Shown here one piece after another: positions 11,597-20,536 of a DNA stretch of 58,300 nt. Location: NCBI GenBank assembly GCA_937894355.1, contig CALCRD010000147.1:1-58300 (forward strand), in the 5' to 3' direction. The stretch comes from an uncultured Bacillus sp. (GTDB lineage Bacteria > Bacillota > Bacilli > Bacillales > Cytobacillaceae). The notes under the pieces are model-generated. The model worked only from the letters and a program-made list of their open reading frames with translations, was not told where the DNA came from and did no database searches. How positions within the stretch are numbered: position 1 is the first letter of the stretch; every line of letters begins with the position of its first letter. Both the position numbers and the translations under genes were made by a program.

Positions 11597-12994
11597 ATGA
11601 CTATTCAACTCTATAATACGCTAACAAGAAAAAAGGAAGAATTTATTCCCTTAGAAGCTGGGAAAATAAAAATGTATGTCTGTGGTCCGACAGTCTATAA
11701 CTATATTCATATTGGAAATGCTCGACCAGCAATTGTTTATGACACCGTTAGAAGGTATTTTGAATTTAGGGGATACGAAGTTCAGTATATTTCTAATTTC
11801 ACTGATGTGGATGATAAATTAATCACTGCGGCTAACAAATTAGGCGAAGATGTCCCAACCATTGCCGATCGTTTTATCAAAGCGTATTTTGAAGATGTAA
11901 CGGCATTAGGTTGTAAGAAAGCTGATGTTCACCCACGTGTAACCGAAAATATGGATATTATCATTGATTTTATTGCCACCTTAATTGACAAAGGTTTTGC
12001 CTATGAATCCGCTGGAGATGTTTATTATCGTACCCGGGAATTTACCGAATACGGAAAACTGTCCCATCAATCGATTGATGATCTTAAGATTGGAGCCCGG
12101 ATTGATATTGGCGAAAAGAAACAGGATGAGCTAGATTTTGCATTATGGAAAGCAGCGAAGCCAGGCGAAATTTCTTGGGAAAGTCCCTGGGGGTTAGGCC
12201 GTCCTGGATGGCATATCGAATGCTCAGCCATGGCCAAGAAGTATTTAGGAGACACAATTGATATTCATGCTGGTGGCCAAGATCTAACCTTCCCGCATCA
12301 TGAAAATGAGATTGCCCAGTCAGAAGCATTGACCGGGAAACCATTTGCCAGATACTGGATGCATAATGGCTATATCAATATCGATAACGAAAAAATGTCA
12401 AAATCATTAGGTAATTTTGTGTTAGTCCATGAGATAATTAAAAAGCACGATCCAGAAGTTGTCCGCTTTTTTATGCTATCTGTCCACTATCGCAACCCAA
12501 TCAACTATAGTGATGAGTTGTTAGAAAATACAAAAGCAGCATTAGAACGGATAAAGACCTCCTATCAAAATTTGAAGCATCGAAAAGAGGCAAGTACAAA
12601 TTTAACTGAAAACAACACAGAATGGATTGACAAGATAAATGCCCTCCATGAGGAATTTATCCGTGAAATGGATGACGACATAAATACAGCAAATGCCATA
12701 TCCGTCCTGTTTGAGCTTTCAAAGCTAGCTAATTATTATTTATTAGAAAAAAACACAGCAATAGAAGTCATTGAGGCATTTAGCCACGAGTTTGAGCTTC
12801 TGTTCGGAGTTTTAGGACTTTCGTTAGAAAATCAAGAACTGCTTGACGAAGAAATTGAAGGTTTAATTCAACAGCGTATTCAGGCAAGAAAAGACCGTAA
12901 CTTCCAATTATCGGATCAAATTCGTGATCAATTAAAGGATATGAATATTATTTTAGAGGATACACAGCAAGGAACAAGATGGAAAAGAGGCTAG
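11597..12994 (+). CDS. cysS: Cysteine--tRNA ligase
   Basis: [25 protein letters not shown]. Confidence 0.99.
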   Translation: MTIQLYNTLTRKKEEFIPLEAGKIKMYVCGPTVYNYIHIGNARPAIVYDTVRRYFEFRGYEVQYISNFTDVDDKLITAANKLGEDVPTIADRFIKAYFEDVTALGCKKADVHPRVTENMDIIIDFIATLIDKGFAYESAGDVYYRTREFTEYGKLSHQSIDDLKIGARIDIGEKKQDELDFALWKAAKPGEISWESPWGLGRPGWHIECSAMAKKYLGDTIDIHAGGQDLTFPHHENEIAQSEALTGKPFARYWMHNGYINIDNEKMSKSLGNFVLVHEIIKKHDPEVVRFFMLSVHYRNPINYSDELLENTKAALERIKTSYQNLKHRKEASTNLTENNTEWIDKINALHEEFIREMDDDINTANAISVLFELSKLANYYLLEKNTAIEVIEAFSHEFELLFGVLGLSLENQELLDEEIEGLIQQRIQARKDRNFQLSDQIRDQLKDMNIILEDTQQGTRWKRG

Positions 12995-12996
12995 TC

Positions 12997-13422
12997 ATGC
13001 TCCACTATGAAAAGGTCATTGATGCAAATTTTTTAAATAGCCTTGCTCTTGCTTACATGGGTGATGCCGTCTTTGAAAGTTATGTTCGCTATCACCTCAT
13101 TCAAAATGGGCAGGTTAGACCAAATCAATTACATCGAGAAGCAACCAAATACGTATCAGCTAAAGCACAAGCAGCCATTGCTCACCAAATGTTGGATGAG
13201 GGATTTCTAACAGAATCAGAGGTGACCATTTTAAAAAGAGGTCGAAATGCCAAATCTGGTTCTGTTCCCAAGAATACCGATGTGCAAACATATCGGTATA
13301 GCACGGCATTTGAAGCATTAATTGGCTATTTACATTTATCAGGAAATGAAGCTCGATTAGAAGAGATAATATTGAAGTCATTCATGCTAGTGGAAGCAAA
13401 GAAAGGAGGTCAGGTGAAATGA
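12997..13422 (+). CDS. mrnC: Mini-ribonuclease III
   Basis: [19 protein letters not shown]; start set at ATG 12997 just after the cysS stop. Confidence 0.95.
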   Translation: MLHYEKVIDANFLNSLALAYMGDAVFESYVRYHLIQNGQVRPNQLHREATKYVSAKAQAAIAHQMLDEGFLTESEVTILKRGRNAKSGSVPKNTDVQTYRYSTAFEALIGYLHLSGNEARLEEIILKSFMLVEAKKGGQVK

Positions 13423-14162
13423 GTTTAGATTACATTATTGGAAAAAACCCGGTCATTGAAGCGCTAAAGGCCAATCGGGACATTAATAAGATTTTTATTG
13501 CTGAAGGTTCTCAAGGTGGACAAATGCAGCAGGTAATCGGCATGGCCAAGGAAAATCATGTGCTAGTGCAATTTGTTCCGAAGAAAAAGATTGACCAAAT
13601 GGCAGAAGGTAATCATCAAGGGGTAGTTGCTGCAGTTGCTGCTTACCAATACGCAGAATTAGATGATTTATATGCAGTAGCTGAGGAAAGAAATGAACCG
13701 CCTTTCTTTTTGCTATTAGATGAAATTGAGGACCCCCATAATTTAGGGTCAATTATGCGTACGGCAGATGCAGTGGGTGCTCATGGAATTATTATCCCGA
13801 AACGGAGAGCAGTAGGCTTAACTTCAACGGTGGCCAAAGCTTCTACTGGGGCACTTGAATACATTCCTGTAGTACGTGTAACCAATATGGCTAGGACGAT
13901 TGATGAATTAAAGGAACGAGGAGTTTGGATTGCAGGGACCGATGCCAAAGGGTCTGAGGACTATCGTTCCTTTGATGGAAGTATGCCCCTAGGTTTAGTC
14001 ATTGGCAGCGAAGGTAAAGGGATGGGTCGCCTGATACGAGAAAAGTGCGACTTTCTCATTCATTTGCCGATGGCAGGCCATGTTACATCTTTAAATGCTT
14101 CCGTCGCAGCAGCACTGCTCATGTATGAGGTTTATCGAAAAAGACATCCGCTGGGAAATTAG
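13419..14162 (+). CDS. rlmB: 23S rRNA 2'-O-ribose methyltransferase, SpoU/TrmH family (YacO)
   Basis: [30 protein letters not shown] motifs. Confidence 0.93.
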   Translation: MSLDYIIGKNPVIEALKANRDINKIFIAEGSQGGQMQQVIGMAKENHVLVQFVPKKKIDQMAEGNHQGVVAAVAAYQYAELDDLYAVAEERNEPPFFLLLDEIEDPHNLGSIMRTADAVGAHGIIIPKRRAVGLTSTVAKASTGALEYIPVVRVTNMARTIDELKERGVWIAGTDAKGSEDYRSFDGSMPLGLVIGSEGKGMGRLIREKCDFLIHLPMAGHVTSLNASVAAALLMYEVYRKRHPLGN

Positions 14163-14164
14163 CC

Positions 14165-14674
14165 ATGAAAGATATCTTGATTGTAGATGGGTATAACATA
14201 ATCGGCGCTTGGCCAAAATTAATAGAGTTAAAGAACAAGGACCTGTCGGCAGCGCGAGATTATTTAGTAGAAAAAATGGCTGAATACCAAGCATTTACCG
14301 GTTTCCAAGTAATCGTTGTTTTCGATGCCCATTATGTTCAGGGAAACGAAAAAAAGTACATTAATTATAAGGTAGATGTTATTTTTACAAAGGAAAATGA
14401 ATCTGCCGATGAGAGAATCGAGAAGTTGGCCAGTCTTTTAAATAATCGGAAAACGCAAATTCATGTTGCTACCTCCGATCTTACCGAGCAATGGGTTATT
14501 TTTGGTCAGGGAGCGCTAAGAAAGTCCGCAAGGGAATTGTTAAATGAAATGATGTCGATTGAACAAAATATTGCTAGGGATGTAAAAACAATTCAAACAA
14601 AAAAACCAGCTTCCAAAATACCCCTTAGCAAGGAAATTGCCGAAATTTTCGAAAAATGGCGACGAGAACGTTGA
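14165..14674 (+). CDS. rae1: NYN-domain ribosome-associated endoribonuclease Rae1 (YacP)
   Basis: ILIVDGYNIIG, VVFDA, ADERIE, VATSD. Confidence 0.94.
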   Translation: MKDILIVDGYNIIGAWPKLIELKNKDLSAARDYLVEKMAEYQAFTGFQVIVVFDAHYVQGNEKKYINYKVDVIFTKENESADERIEKLASLLNNRKTQIHVATSDLTEQWVIFGQGALRKSARELLNEMMSIEQNIARDVKTIQTKKPASKIPLSKEIAEIFEKWRRER

Positions 14675-14700
14675 CGTAAAAAAAATGCCTGCGGTATAAT
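14671..14700 (+). promoter_or_regulatory. SigA-type promoter for sigH
   Basis: TTGACG (overlapping rae1 stop), 18 bp, TATAAT. Confidence 0.75.
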
Positions 14701-14736
14701 ATGTCTATCTATGCATGTACGGTCGGAGGGATTTGC

Positions 14737-15387
14737 ATGAGTTCGGACTTCAGGACGAGAAACAACGAACGTTATTTACAGCTTGATGATGAAGAATTAG
14801 TTGATATTGTGCACAAAGGTGAAAGTGATGCATTAGATTATCTGATTCACAAATATCGAAATTTTGTACGAGCTAAAGCGAGATCCTATTTTTTAATCGG
14901 TGCTGATAAAGAAGATATTATCCAAGAAGGAATGATTGGGTTATATAAGGCGATTCGTGATTTCCGCGATGATAAACTAACTTCATTTAAAGCTTTTGCA
15001 GAGCTATGTATTACCAGACAGATTATTACGGCCATAAAAACAGCTACACGGCAAAAGCATATTCCTTTAAATTCTTATGTGTCATTGGACAAGCCTATTT
15101 ATGATGAGGAATCGGATCGGACATTAATGGATGTTCTTTCGGGTGCTAAAGTAATGGATCCAGAAGAGTTAATCATCAATCAAGAGGAATTTGATCATAT
15201 CGAAGTGAAGATGAAGGAGCTTCTGAGTGATCTGGAAAGAAAAGTGTTGGCGTTATACTTAGATGGACAATCTTATCAGGAGATTTCTGAGGAATTGAAT
15301 CGTCATGTGAAGTCGATTGATAATGCCCTCCAGCGGGTAAAACGGAAATTGGAAAGATACTTAGAAGTTCGTGAAATCACGCTTTAA
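14737..15387 (+). CDS. sigH: RNA polymerase sigma factor SigH
   Basis: RAKARSYFLIGADKEDIIQEGMIGLYKAIRDF; HVKSIDNALQRVKRKL; start ATG 14737 after GGAGG. Confidence 0.98.
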   Translation: MSSDFRTRNNERYLQLDDEELVDIVHKGESDALDYLIHKYRNFVRAKARSYFLIGADKEDIIQEGMIGLYKAIRDFRDDKLTSFKAFAELCITRQIITAIKTATRQKHIPLNSYVSLDKPIYDEESDRTLMDVLSGAKVMDPEELIINQEEFDHIEVKMKELLSDLERKVLALYLDGQSYQEISEELNRHVKSIDNALQRVKRKLERYLEVREITL

Positions 15388-15429
15388 TTTTTTGGTTGTG
15401 TTAATGATAAATATTGATTTTGAACACAT

Positions 15430-15561
15430 TGTTGATTGGAGTGGAAGGCACGCAGACTCCTGCAGGAGCACGAGCTGAGTGAGACTCCGAAGGAAGGAAC
15501 GACCGAAGGAGTCCGTCGTGAGAGCCTGCGGAAAGCGAAGTGCCTGCAACGGAAATCAACA
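15430..15561. repeat. Palindromic interspersed repeat, long copy
   Basis: GC-rich island bounded by inverted TGTTGATT...AATCAACA; both ends shared with 32852-32918. Confidence 0.8.
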
Positions 15562-15638
15562 GACTAGTTTAATAAAGCTAAATTTATTATGTCTTCGCCT
15601 ATTCGTCTTAGACAGATTTGTGAACTTTTTGAAGTTTA

Positions 15639-15667
15639 TTGACACTGTTATCTTGAAATGGTAAAGT
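15639..15667 (+). promoter_or_regulatory. SigA-type promoter for rpmG-secE
   Basis: TTGACA, 17 bp, TAAAGT with extended TG. Confidence 0.7.
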
Positions 15668-15711
15668 TTTAAGGACATAATAGATAGTTATTGTATTAGA
15701 AGGTGCAATAG

Positions 15712-15858
15712 ATGCGAAAAAAAGTAATTTTAGCATGTGAGAAATGTGGTTCACGGAACTACACAACCATGAACAAGAAGGATACTCAATCAAGACTAGA
15801 GTTGAAAAAATTTTGTAACACGTGCGGTACTCAAGCAATCCATCGTGAAACTAAATAA
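15712..15858 (+). CDS. rpmG: 50S ribosomal protein L33 (Zn-binding type); not in ORF track
   Basis: Hand translation [48 protein letters not shown] (48 aa). Confidence 0.95.
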   Translation: MRKKVILACEKCGSRNYTTMNKKDTQSRLELKKFCNTCGTQAIHRETK

Positions 15859-15897
15859 TTACACTGTTATTATAGATAGTCAGTTGGAGGTTACTAA

Positions 15898-16080
15898 ATG
15901 CAACGCATAATTAAATTCTTCCGTGAAGTTGTACGTGAAACAAAAAAGGTCAGCTGGCCAAAACGCAAGGAATTAACCCGTTCTACTATAACGGTTATAT
16001 CAACAGTTACAATATTTGCTTTGTTATTTGCTGTAGCTGATTATGGTATTTCTGAATTGATTCGAATAATACTTGAATAA
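15898..16080 (+). CDS. secE: Preprotein translocase subunit SecE
   Basis: FFREVVRETKKVSWP plus single TM helix; synteny. Confidence 0.96.
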   Translation: MQRIIKFFREVVRETKKVSWPKRKELTRSTITVISTVTIFALLFAVADYGISELIRIILE

Positions 16081-16127
16081 CGACTGCTAATCCATGGTAT
16101 AATGGAAAATAATGCAGATGTAGAAGG

Positions 16128-16148
16128 AGCCCGGTTAACGGGTTTTTT
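16128..16148 (+). terminator. Short terminator-like hairpin between secE and nusG
   Basis: AGCCCG-GTTAA-CGGGTT-TTTT. Confidence 0.55.
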
Positions 16149-16224
16149 CATTGGTGAAAAAAACGGATATTTTTTTAGGGAAATGATTATTAATGGGGAG
16201 GGACGGACGAATTAGTCCTCTTGA

Positions 16225-16758
16225 ATGGAAAAGAACTGGTATGTAGTACATACTTACTCTGGTTATGAGAATAAAGTGAAGGCAAACTTAGAAAAACGCG
16301 TCGAGTCTATGGGAATGTCAGATAAAATTTTTCGGGTTATCGTACCTGAAGAAGAAGAGACAGATTTCAAAAATGGTAAAAAGAAAATAGTTAAACGAAA
16401 AGTGTTTCCAGGCTATGTGTTAGTTGAAATCGTTATGACTGACGATTCATGGTATGTGGTCCGTAATACACCTGGAGTTACAGGGTTTGTTGGTTCTGCA
16501 GGGTCAGGTTCCAAACCAACTCCGTTATTGGATGAAGAGGTTCATGTTATCTTGAAACGGATGGGTGTCGAAGAAAAACGGATTGATATTAACTTTGAAT
16601 TAGCAGAGACTGTTCGGGTAAAAGAAGGTCCGTTTGCTAAATTTACTGGTTCAATCGAAGAAATCGATAAAGACAAGGCAAAAATCAAAGTATTGGTTAA
16701 TATGTTTGGTCGTGACACGCCTGTTGAACTAGATTTTACACAAATTGAAAAATTATAA
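16225..16758 (+). CDS. nusG: Transcription factor NusG
   Basis: WYVVHTYSGYENKV, FPGYVLV, KOW domain. Confidence 0.99.
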   Translation: MEKNWYVVHTYSGYENKVKANLEKRVESMGMSDKIFRVIVPEEEETDFKNGKKKIVKRKVFPGYVLVEIVMTDDSWYVVRNTPGVTGFVGSAGSGSKPTPLLDEEVHVILKRMGVEEKRIDINFELAETVRVKEGPFAKFTGSIEEIDKDKAKIKVLVNMFGRDTPVELDFTQIEKL

Positions 16759-16769
16759 TATTAAAGAAC

Positions 16770-16798
16770 TTGAAATCATGTAAATTAAATGATAGAAT
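16770..16798 (+). promoter_or_regulatory. SigA-type promoter for rplK-rplA
   Basis: TTGAAA, 17 bp, TAGAAT with extended TG. Confidence 0.7.
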
Positions 16799-16876
16799 TT
16801 CATAGGTCAATATGTCTCGATTGTGAGACAGGACAATTGTCAAGTTCTTTATCTATATATAGAGACTTTTCTATGA

Positions 16877-16910
16877 GTGGGAGGGGAAAAACAAAATCCC
16901 CAATTACCAC
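16877..16910 (+). promoter_or_regulatory. L1-binding-site-like RNA hairpin upstream of rplK
   Basis: GTGGGAGGGG...CCCCAATTACCAC; GGGAG internal-loop pattern of L1 targets. Confidence 0.65.
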
Positions 16911-16937
16911 ATCACGGACTTTAAGGAGGTGTGTCTC

Positions 16938-17363
16938 GTGGCTAAAAAAGTAATTAAAATGGTTAAATTGCAAATTCCTGCAGGGAAAGCAAATCCAGCG
17001 CCACCAGTTGGTCCTGCTCTAGGTCAAGCCGGTGTTAACATTATGGGTTTCTGTAAAGAGTTTAACGCTCGTACTGCCGATCAAGCTGGATTAATAATTC
17101 CTGTTGAAATTACGGTATTTGAAGACCGTTCATTTACATTTATTACGAAAACTCCGCCTGCTGCAGTATTATTGAAAGTAGCAGCTGGAATCCAGTCTGG
17201 TTCTGGTGAACCAAACCGTAATAAAGTAGCAACAGTTAAGCGTGATAAAGTACGCGAGATTGCGGAACAGAAGATGCCAGACCTAAATGCAGCTAGCGTT
17301 GAAGCAGCTATGCGTATGGTTGAAGGTACTGCACGCAGCATGGGCATAGTTATCGAAGACTAA
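16938..17363 (+). CDS. rplK: 50S ribosomal protein L11
   Basis: [15 protein letters not shown]; GTG start after AAGGAGG. Confidence 0.99.
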   Translation: MAKKVIKMVKLQIPAGKANPAPPVGPALGQAGVNIMGFCKEFNARTADQAGLIIPVEITVFEDRSFTFITKTPPAAVLLKVAAGIQSGSGEPNRNKVATVKRDKVREIAEQKMPDLNAASVEAAMRMVEGTARSMGIVIED

Positions 17364-17435
17364 TCCATGTAAATGTTTTTTGTAAGGGTTGAAATGGGGT
17401 TGCGGGTTATTAGGTTTTACTCGCAACCTTTATTC

Positions 17436-17467
17436 GTGGGAGGTTAAGGTTATTCCGCTAAAACCAC
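17436..17467 (+). promoter_or_regulatory. L1-binding-site-like RNA hairpin upstream of rplA
   Basis: GTGGGAGG...CCGCTAAAACCAC, same architecture as 16877-16910. Confidence 0.7.
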
Positions 17468-17486
17468 ATTCAAGGAGGAAATTAAA

Positions 17487-18179
17487 ATGGCTAAAAAAGG
17501 TAAGAAGTATTTAGAAGCTGTTAAGCTTGTAGATTGTTCTAAAGCTTACCCAATTGCAGAAGCAATTGAACTTGCAAAAAAGACAAGCATCGTTAAATTT
17601 GATGCAACGCTTGAAGTAGCTTTCCGTTTGGGGGTTGACCCTAAGAAAGCTGATCAACAAATCCGTGGTGCAGTTGTCCTTCCAAACGGAACTGGTAAAG
17701 TTCAACGCGTGCTAGTTTTCGCTAAAGGCGAAAAAGCGAAGGAAGCAGAAGCAGCTGGTGCTGATTTTGTTGGAGACTCTGAGTATATCAATAAAATCCA
17801 ACAAGGTTGGTTTGAATTTGATGTAATCGTAGCAACTCCTGACATGATGGGTGAAGTTGGTAAGCTTGGTCGTACTTTAGGACCAAAAGGCTTAATGCCG
17901 AATCCTAAAACTGGAACTGTTACATTTGATGTAACAAAAGCAATCAACGAAATTAAAGCTGGTAAAGTTGAATACCGTGTTGATAAAGCTGGAAATATCC
18001 ACGTTCCAATCGGTAAACAATCTTTTGAAGACGCTAAGCTTGTTGAAAACTTCAACACAATTTTTGATACAATGTTAAAAGCGAAACCTGCAGCTGCAAA
18101 AGGTACTTACATGAAGAACGTAACTGTTACTTCAACTATGGGACCTGGCGTTAAGGTTGATCCTTCATCAGTTAAATAA
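17487..18179 (+). CDS. rplA: 50S ribosomal protein L1
   Basis: [16 protein letters not shown]. Confidence 0.99.
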   Translation: MAKKGKKYLEAVKLVDCSKAYPIAEAIELAKKTSIVKFDATLEVAFRLGVDPKKADQQIRGAVVLPNGTGKVQRVLVFAKGEKAKEAEAAGADFVGDSEYINKIQQGWFEFDVIVATPDMMGEVGKLGRTLGPKGLMPNPKTGTVTFDVTKAINEIKAGKVEYRVDKAGNIHVPIGKQSFEDAKLVENFNTIFDTMLKAKPAAAKGTYMKNVTVTSTMGPGVKVDPSSVK

Positions 18180-18185
18180 TAAGCG

Positions 18186-18214
18186 TTGACAACTGATATT
18201 GTATTTTATATAAT
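18186..18214 (+). promoter_or_regulatory. SigA promoter for rplJ-rplL
   Basis: Consensus TTGACA, 17 bp, TATAAT. Confidence 0.9.
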
Positions 18215-18235
18215 ATGATAGTTGTTAAATTGAAT

Positions 18236-18363
18236 ATAACATTTGTACCGCAGACAGTAGGTGCCACTAGGCTTAATATCCTACCGAGGTCATACGATAG
18301 ATTTATTAATGAATGACTATTGTATACAATCCTCCATGTCTGTTAAGACGTGGGGGTTTTTTT
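18236..18363 (+). ncRNA. L10 leader (attenuator)
   Basis: AGACAGTAGG...TTAA...CCTACCGAGG core plus terminator CCTCCATGTC/GACGTGGGGG-T run. Confidence 0.85.
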
Positions 18364-18404
18364 ATGGCCGGTATGAATGTAGTGAAACTACAGGAGGTGT
18401 AAGA

Positions 18405-18905
18405 ATGAGCAGTGCAATCGAACAAAAGAAACAAATCGTAAATGATATTACTGAGAAATTCAAAGCAAGCGCATCAATGGTCGTAGTTGACTATCGTGGA
18501 TTGAAAGTTGCTGAAGTTACTGAACTTCGTAAACAACTTCGTGAAGCGGGTGTTGAGTTTAAAGTTTATAAAAACTCAATGGTTCGTCGTGCAGCAGATA
18601 TTGTTGAACTTTCAGGTTTAAATGAATCTCTTACAGGTCCTAACGCAATTGCGTTCAGTTCCGAGGATGTTGTTGCTCCAGCTAAAATTATTAATGACTT
18701 CGCTAAAAAACACGAAGCCCTTGAAATTAAAGCAGGTGTAATTGAAGGAACTCTTGCTTCAGTAGAAGATGTAAAGGCTCTTGCGGAACTACCATCTCGC
18801 GAAGGATTACTATCTATGTTACTCAGCGTACTTCAAGCACCTATCCGCAATCTTGCTCTTGCTGCAAAAGCTGTTGCAGATCAAAAAGAAGAACAAGGCG
18901 CGTAA
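18405..18905 (+). CDS. rplJ: 50S ribosomal protein L10
   Basis: [24 protein letters not shown]; ATG 18405 after AGGAGG. Confidence 0.98.
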   Translation: MSSAIEQKKQIVNDITEKFKASASMVVVDYRGLKVAEVTELRKQLREAGVEFKVYKNSMVRRAADIVELSGLNESLTGPNAIAFSSEDVVAPAKIINDFAKKHEALEIKAGVIEGTLASVEDVKALAELPSREGLLSMLLSVLQAPIRNLALAAKAVADQKEEQGA

Positions 18906-18961
18906 GCTAGTATTTGTTAGATAACTAATTTGTGTACAAAAATTAAGGAGGAAAAAATATC

Positions 18962-19321
18962 ATGACTAAAGAACAAATCATTGAAGCAGTTAAAACTATG
19001 ACTGTTTTAGAATTAAACGACTTAGTAAAAGCAATCGAAGAAGAATTTGGTGTAACTGCTGCTGCTCCTGTAGCTATGGGTGGAGTTGCTGTTGCTGCTG
19101 TTGAAGAGCAAACTGAATTTGACGTAATTCTTGCATCTCCTGGAGATCAAAAAATTAAAGTTATCAAAGCAGTACGCGAAATCACAGGTCTTGGACTTAA
19201 AGAAGCAAAAGAAGTTGTTGATAACGCACCAAAAGCTGTTAAAGAAGGCGTTTCTAAAGAAGAAGCTGAAGAAGCTAAAGCTAAACTTGAAGAAGTTGGC
19301 GCAAACGTTGAAGTTAAGTAA
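18962..19321 (+). CDS. rplL: 50S ribosomal protein L7/L12
   Basis: [18 protein letters not shown]. Confidence 0.99.
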   Translation: MTKEQIIEAVKTMTVLELNDLVKAIEEEFGVTAAAPVAMGGVAVAAVEEQTEFDVILASPGDQKIKVIKAVREITGLGLKEAKEVVDNAPKAVKEGVSKEEAEEAKAKLEEVGANVEVK

Positions 19322-19331
19322 TTTAACTTTG

Positions 19332-19363
19332 AAAAAGCTCGCTGCATAAGCGGGCTTTTTTTT
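19332..19363 (+). terminator. Intrinsic terminator after rplL
   Basis: AAAAAGCTCGCT/AGCGGGCTTTTT plus T run. Confidence 0.85.
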
Positions 19364-19641
19364 CAGTAAAGAAATTATAAAATTTTGAACTTAATAAACA
19401 AACTAAATCTGCAACTAACTATGGGGGTCTTCTCTAGGCTGTTATTCAGTTTTTCTAGTAAATAAGTGCTGAATTTTGCAATTTCTTCCCGCTTAATTTA
19501 TAATACCTTTCGAAAAAAGAATTTTTTACCTCAAAATATTACAATACAAATCCATTTTAGTGTTTAGGTTCAGTGCCTAAGGGGCTAATAGCTATACGCC
19601 CTGTGTGAGGCGCTTCCGTTTTTCAAATTGGAGGTGGTTTT

Positions 19642-20244
19642 TTGACAGACCATTATTATTCCCGTAACCAGCAAGTTGAAAGTAATCCGAAATTTTGGAA
19701 TTTTAGTTTAAGAGGCCATGAGTTTCGCTTTAAAACTGACAATGGTGTTTTTTCTAAAGCAGAAGTAGACTTTGGTTCACGGCTATTAATTGAAACCTTT
19801 AAACCTTCAGATGATCAAGGGATTATTCTTGATGTTGGCTGTGGTTATGGTCCAATTGGACTTTCGCTTGGAAAATGCTTTCCGAATGCAACCGTACATA
19901 TGGTGGATGTTAACGAAAGAGCATTAGGCCTTTCTAATGAAAACGCAAAGTTAAATAACATCTCTAATGTGCAAATTTATCAAAGTGATTGTTTAACATC
20001 TGTGACGGAAAAAGGGTTTACCGATATTTTAACGAACCCGCCAATTCGGGCTGGAAAAAATATTGTTCATGAAATCTTTGAACAAAGCTTTAGTCATCTT
20101 AAACCAGGAGGATCATTGTGGGTTGTCATTCAAAAGAAACAAGGAGCACCTTCTGCGCAGGATAAGCTAATGGAATTATTCGGCAATGCAGAGATTGTTG
20201 GAAAGAAAAAGGGTTATTTCATAATTAAGGCAATAAAAGGTTGA
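19642..20244 (+). CDS. ybxB: Class I SAM-dependent methyltransferase (RsmC-like, YbxB)
   Basis: GVFS..VDFGS, LDVGCGYG, NPPIRAGK; TTG start. Confidence 0.92.
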   Translation: MTDHYYSRNQQVESNPKFWNFSLRGHEFRFKTDNGVFSKAEVDFGSRLLIETFKPSDDQGIILDVGCGYGPIGLSLGKCFPNATVHMVDVNERALGLSNENAKLNNISNVQIYQSDCLTSVTEKGFTDILTNPPIRAGKNIVHEIFEQSFSHLKPGGSLWVVIQKKQGAPSAQDKLMELFGNAEIVGKKKGYFIIKAIKG

Positions 20245-20269
20245 CTCAATAATGCGGCTATGTTAATAT
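20241..20269 (+). promoter_or_regulatory. SigA-type promoter for rpoB
   Basis: TTGACT, 17 bp, TAATAT with extended TG; overlaps ybxB stop. Confidence 0.65.
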
Positions 20270-20536
20270 TATAAAATGCCAATATATTAGCTTCCAATTA
20301 AATGCTAAATTCATCATATATTGTATAAATTTGGCTATTAAGGAAAAGCTAATAAAATAATAGTTCGTCATGTGAAAATGTGGTTTTTGAAGGAAAAACC
20401 CTTTTTCTTTTTGTCTTATAAGAAATTTTTTTGAGTTACATAGTGGTCTTGCTCTGTGCCTAGGAGCTTCCATTTTTTCTTGTAAGTTTGCAATAGATTA
20501 AGGCAATAATAACGCTTGATTTGAGGGGTGAATCAG

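Noticed and set aside
15361-15838. Short ORFs 15361-15549, 15479-15664 and 15608-15838
   Set aside because: They run through the palindromic repeat or are antisense to rpmG
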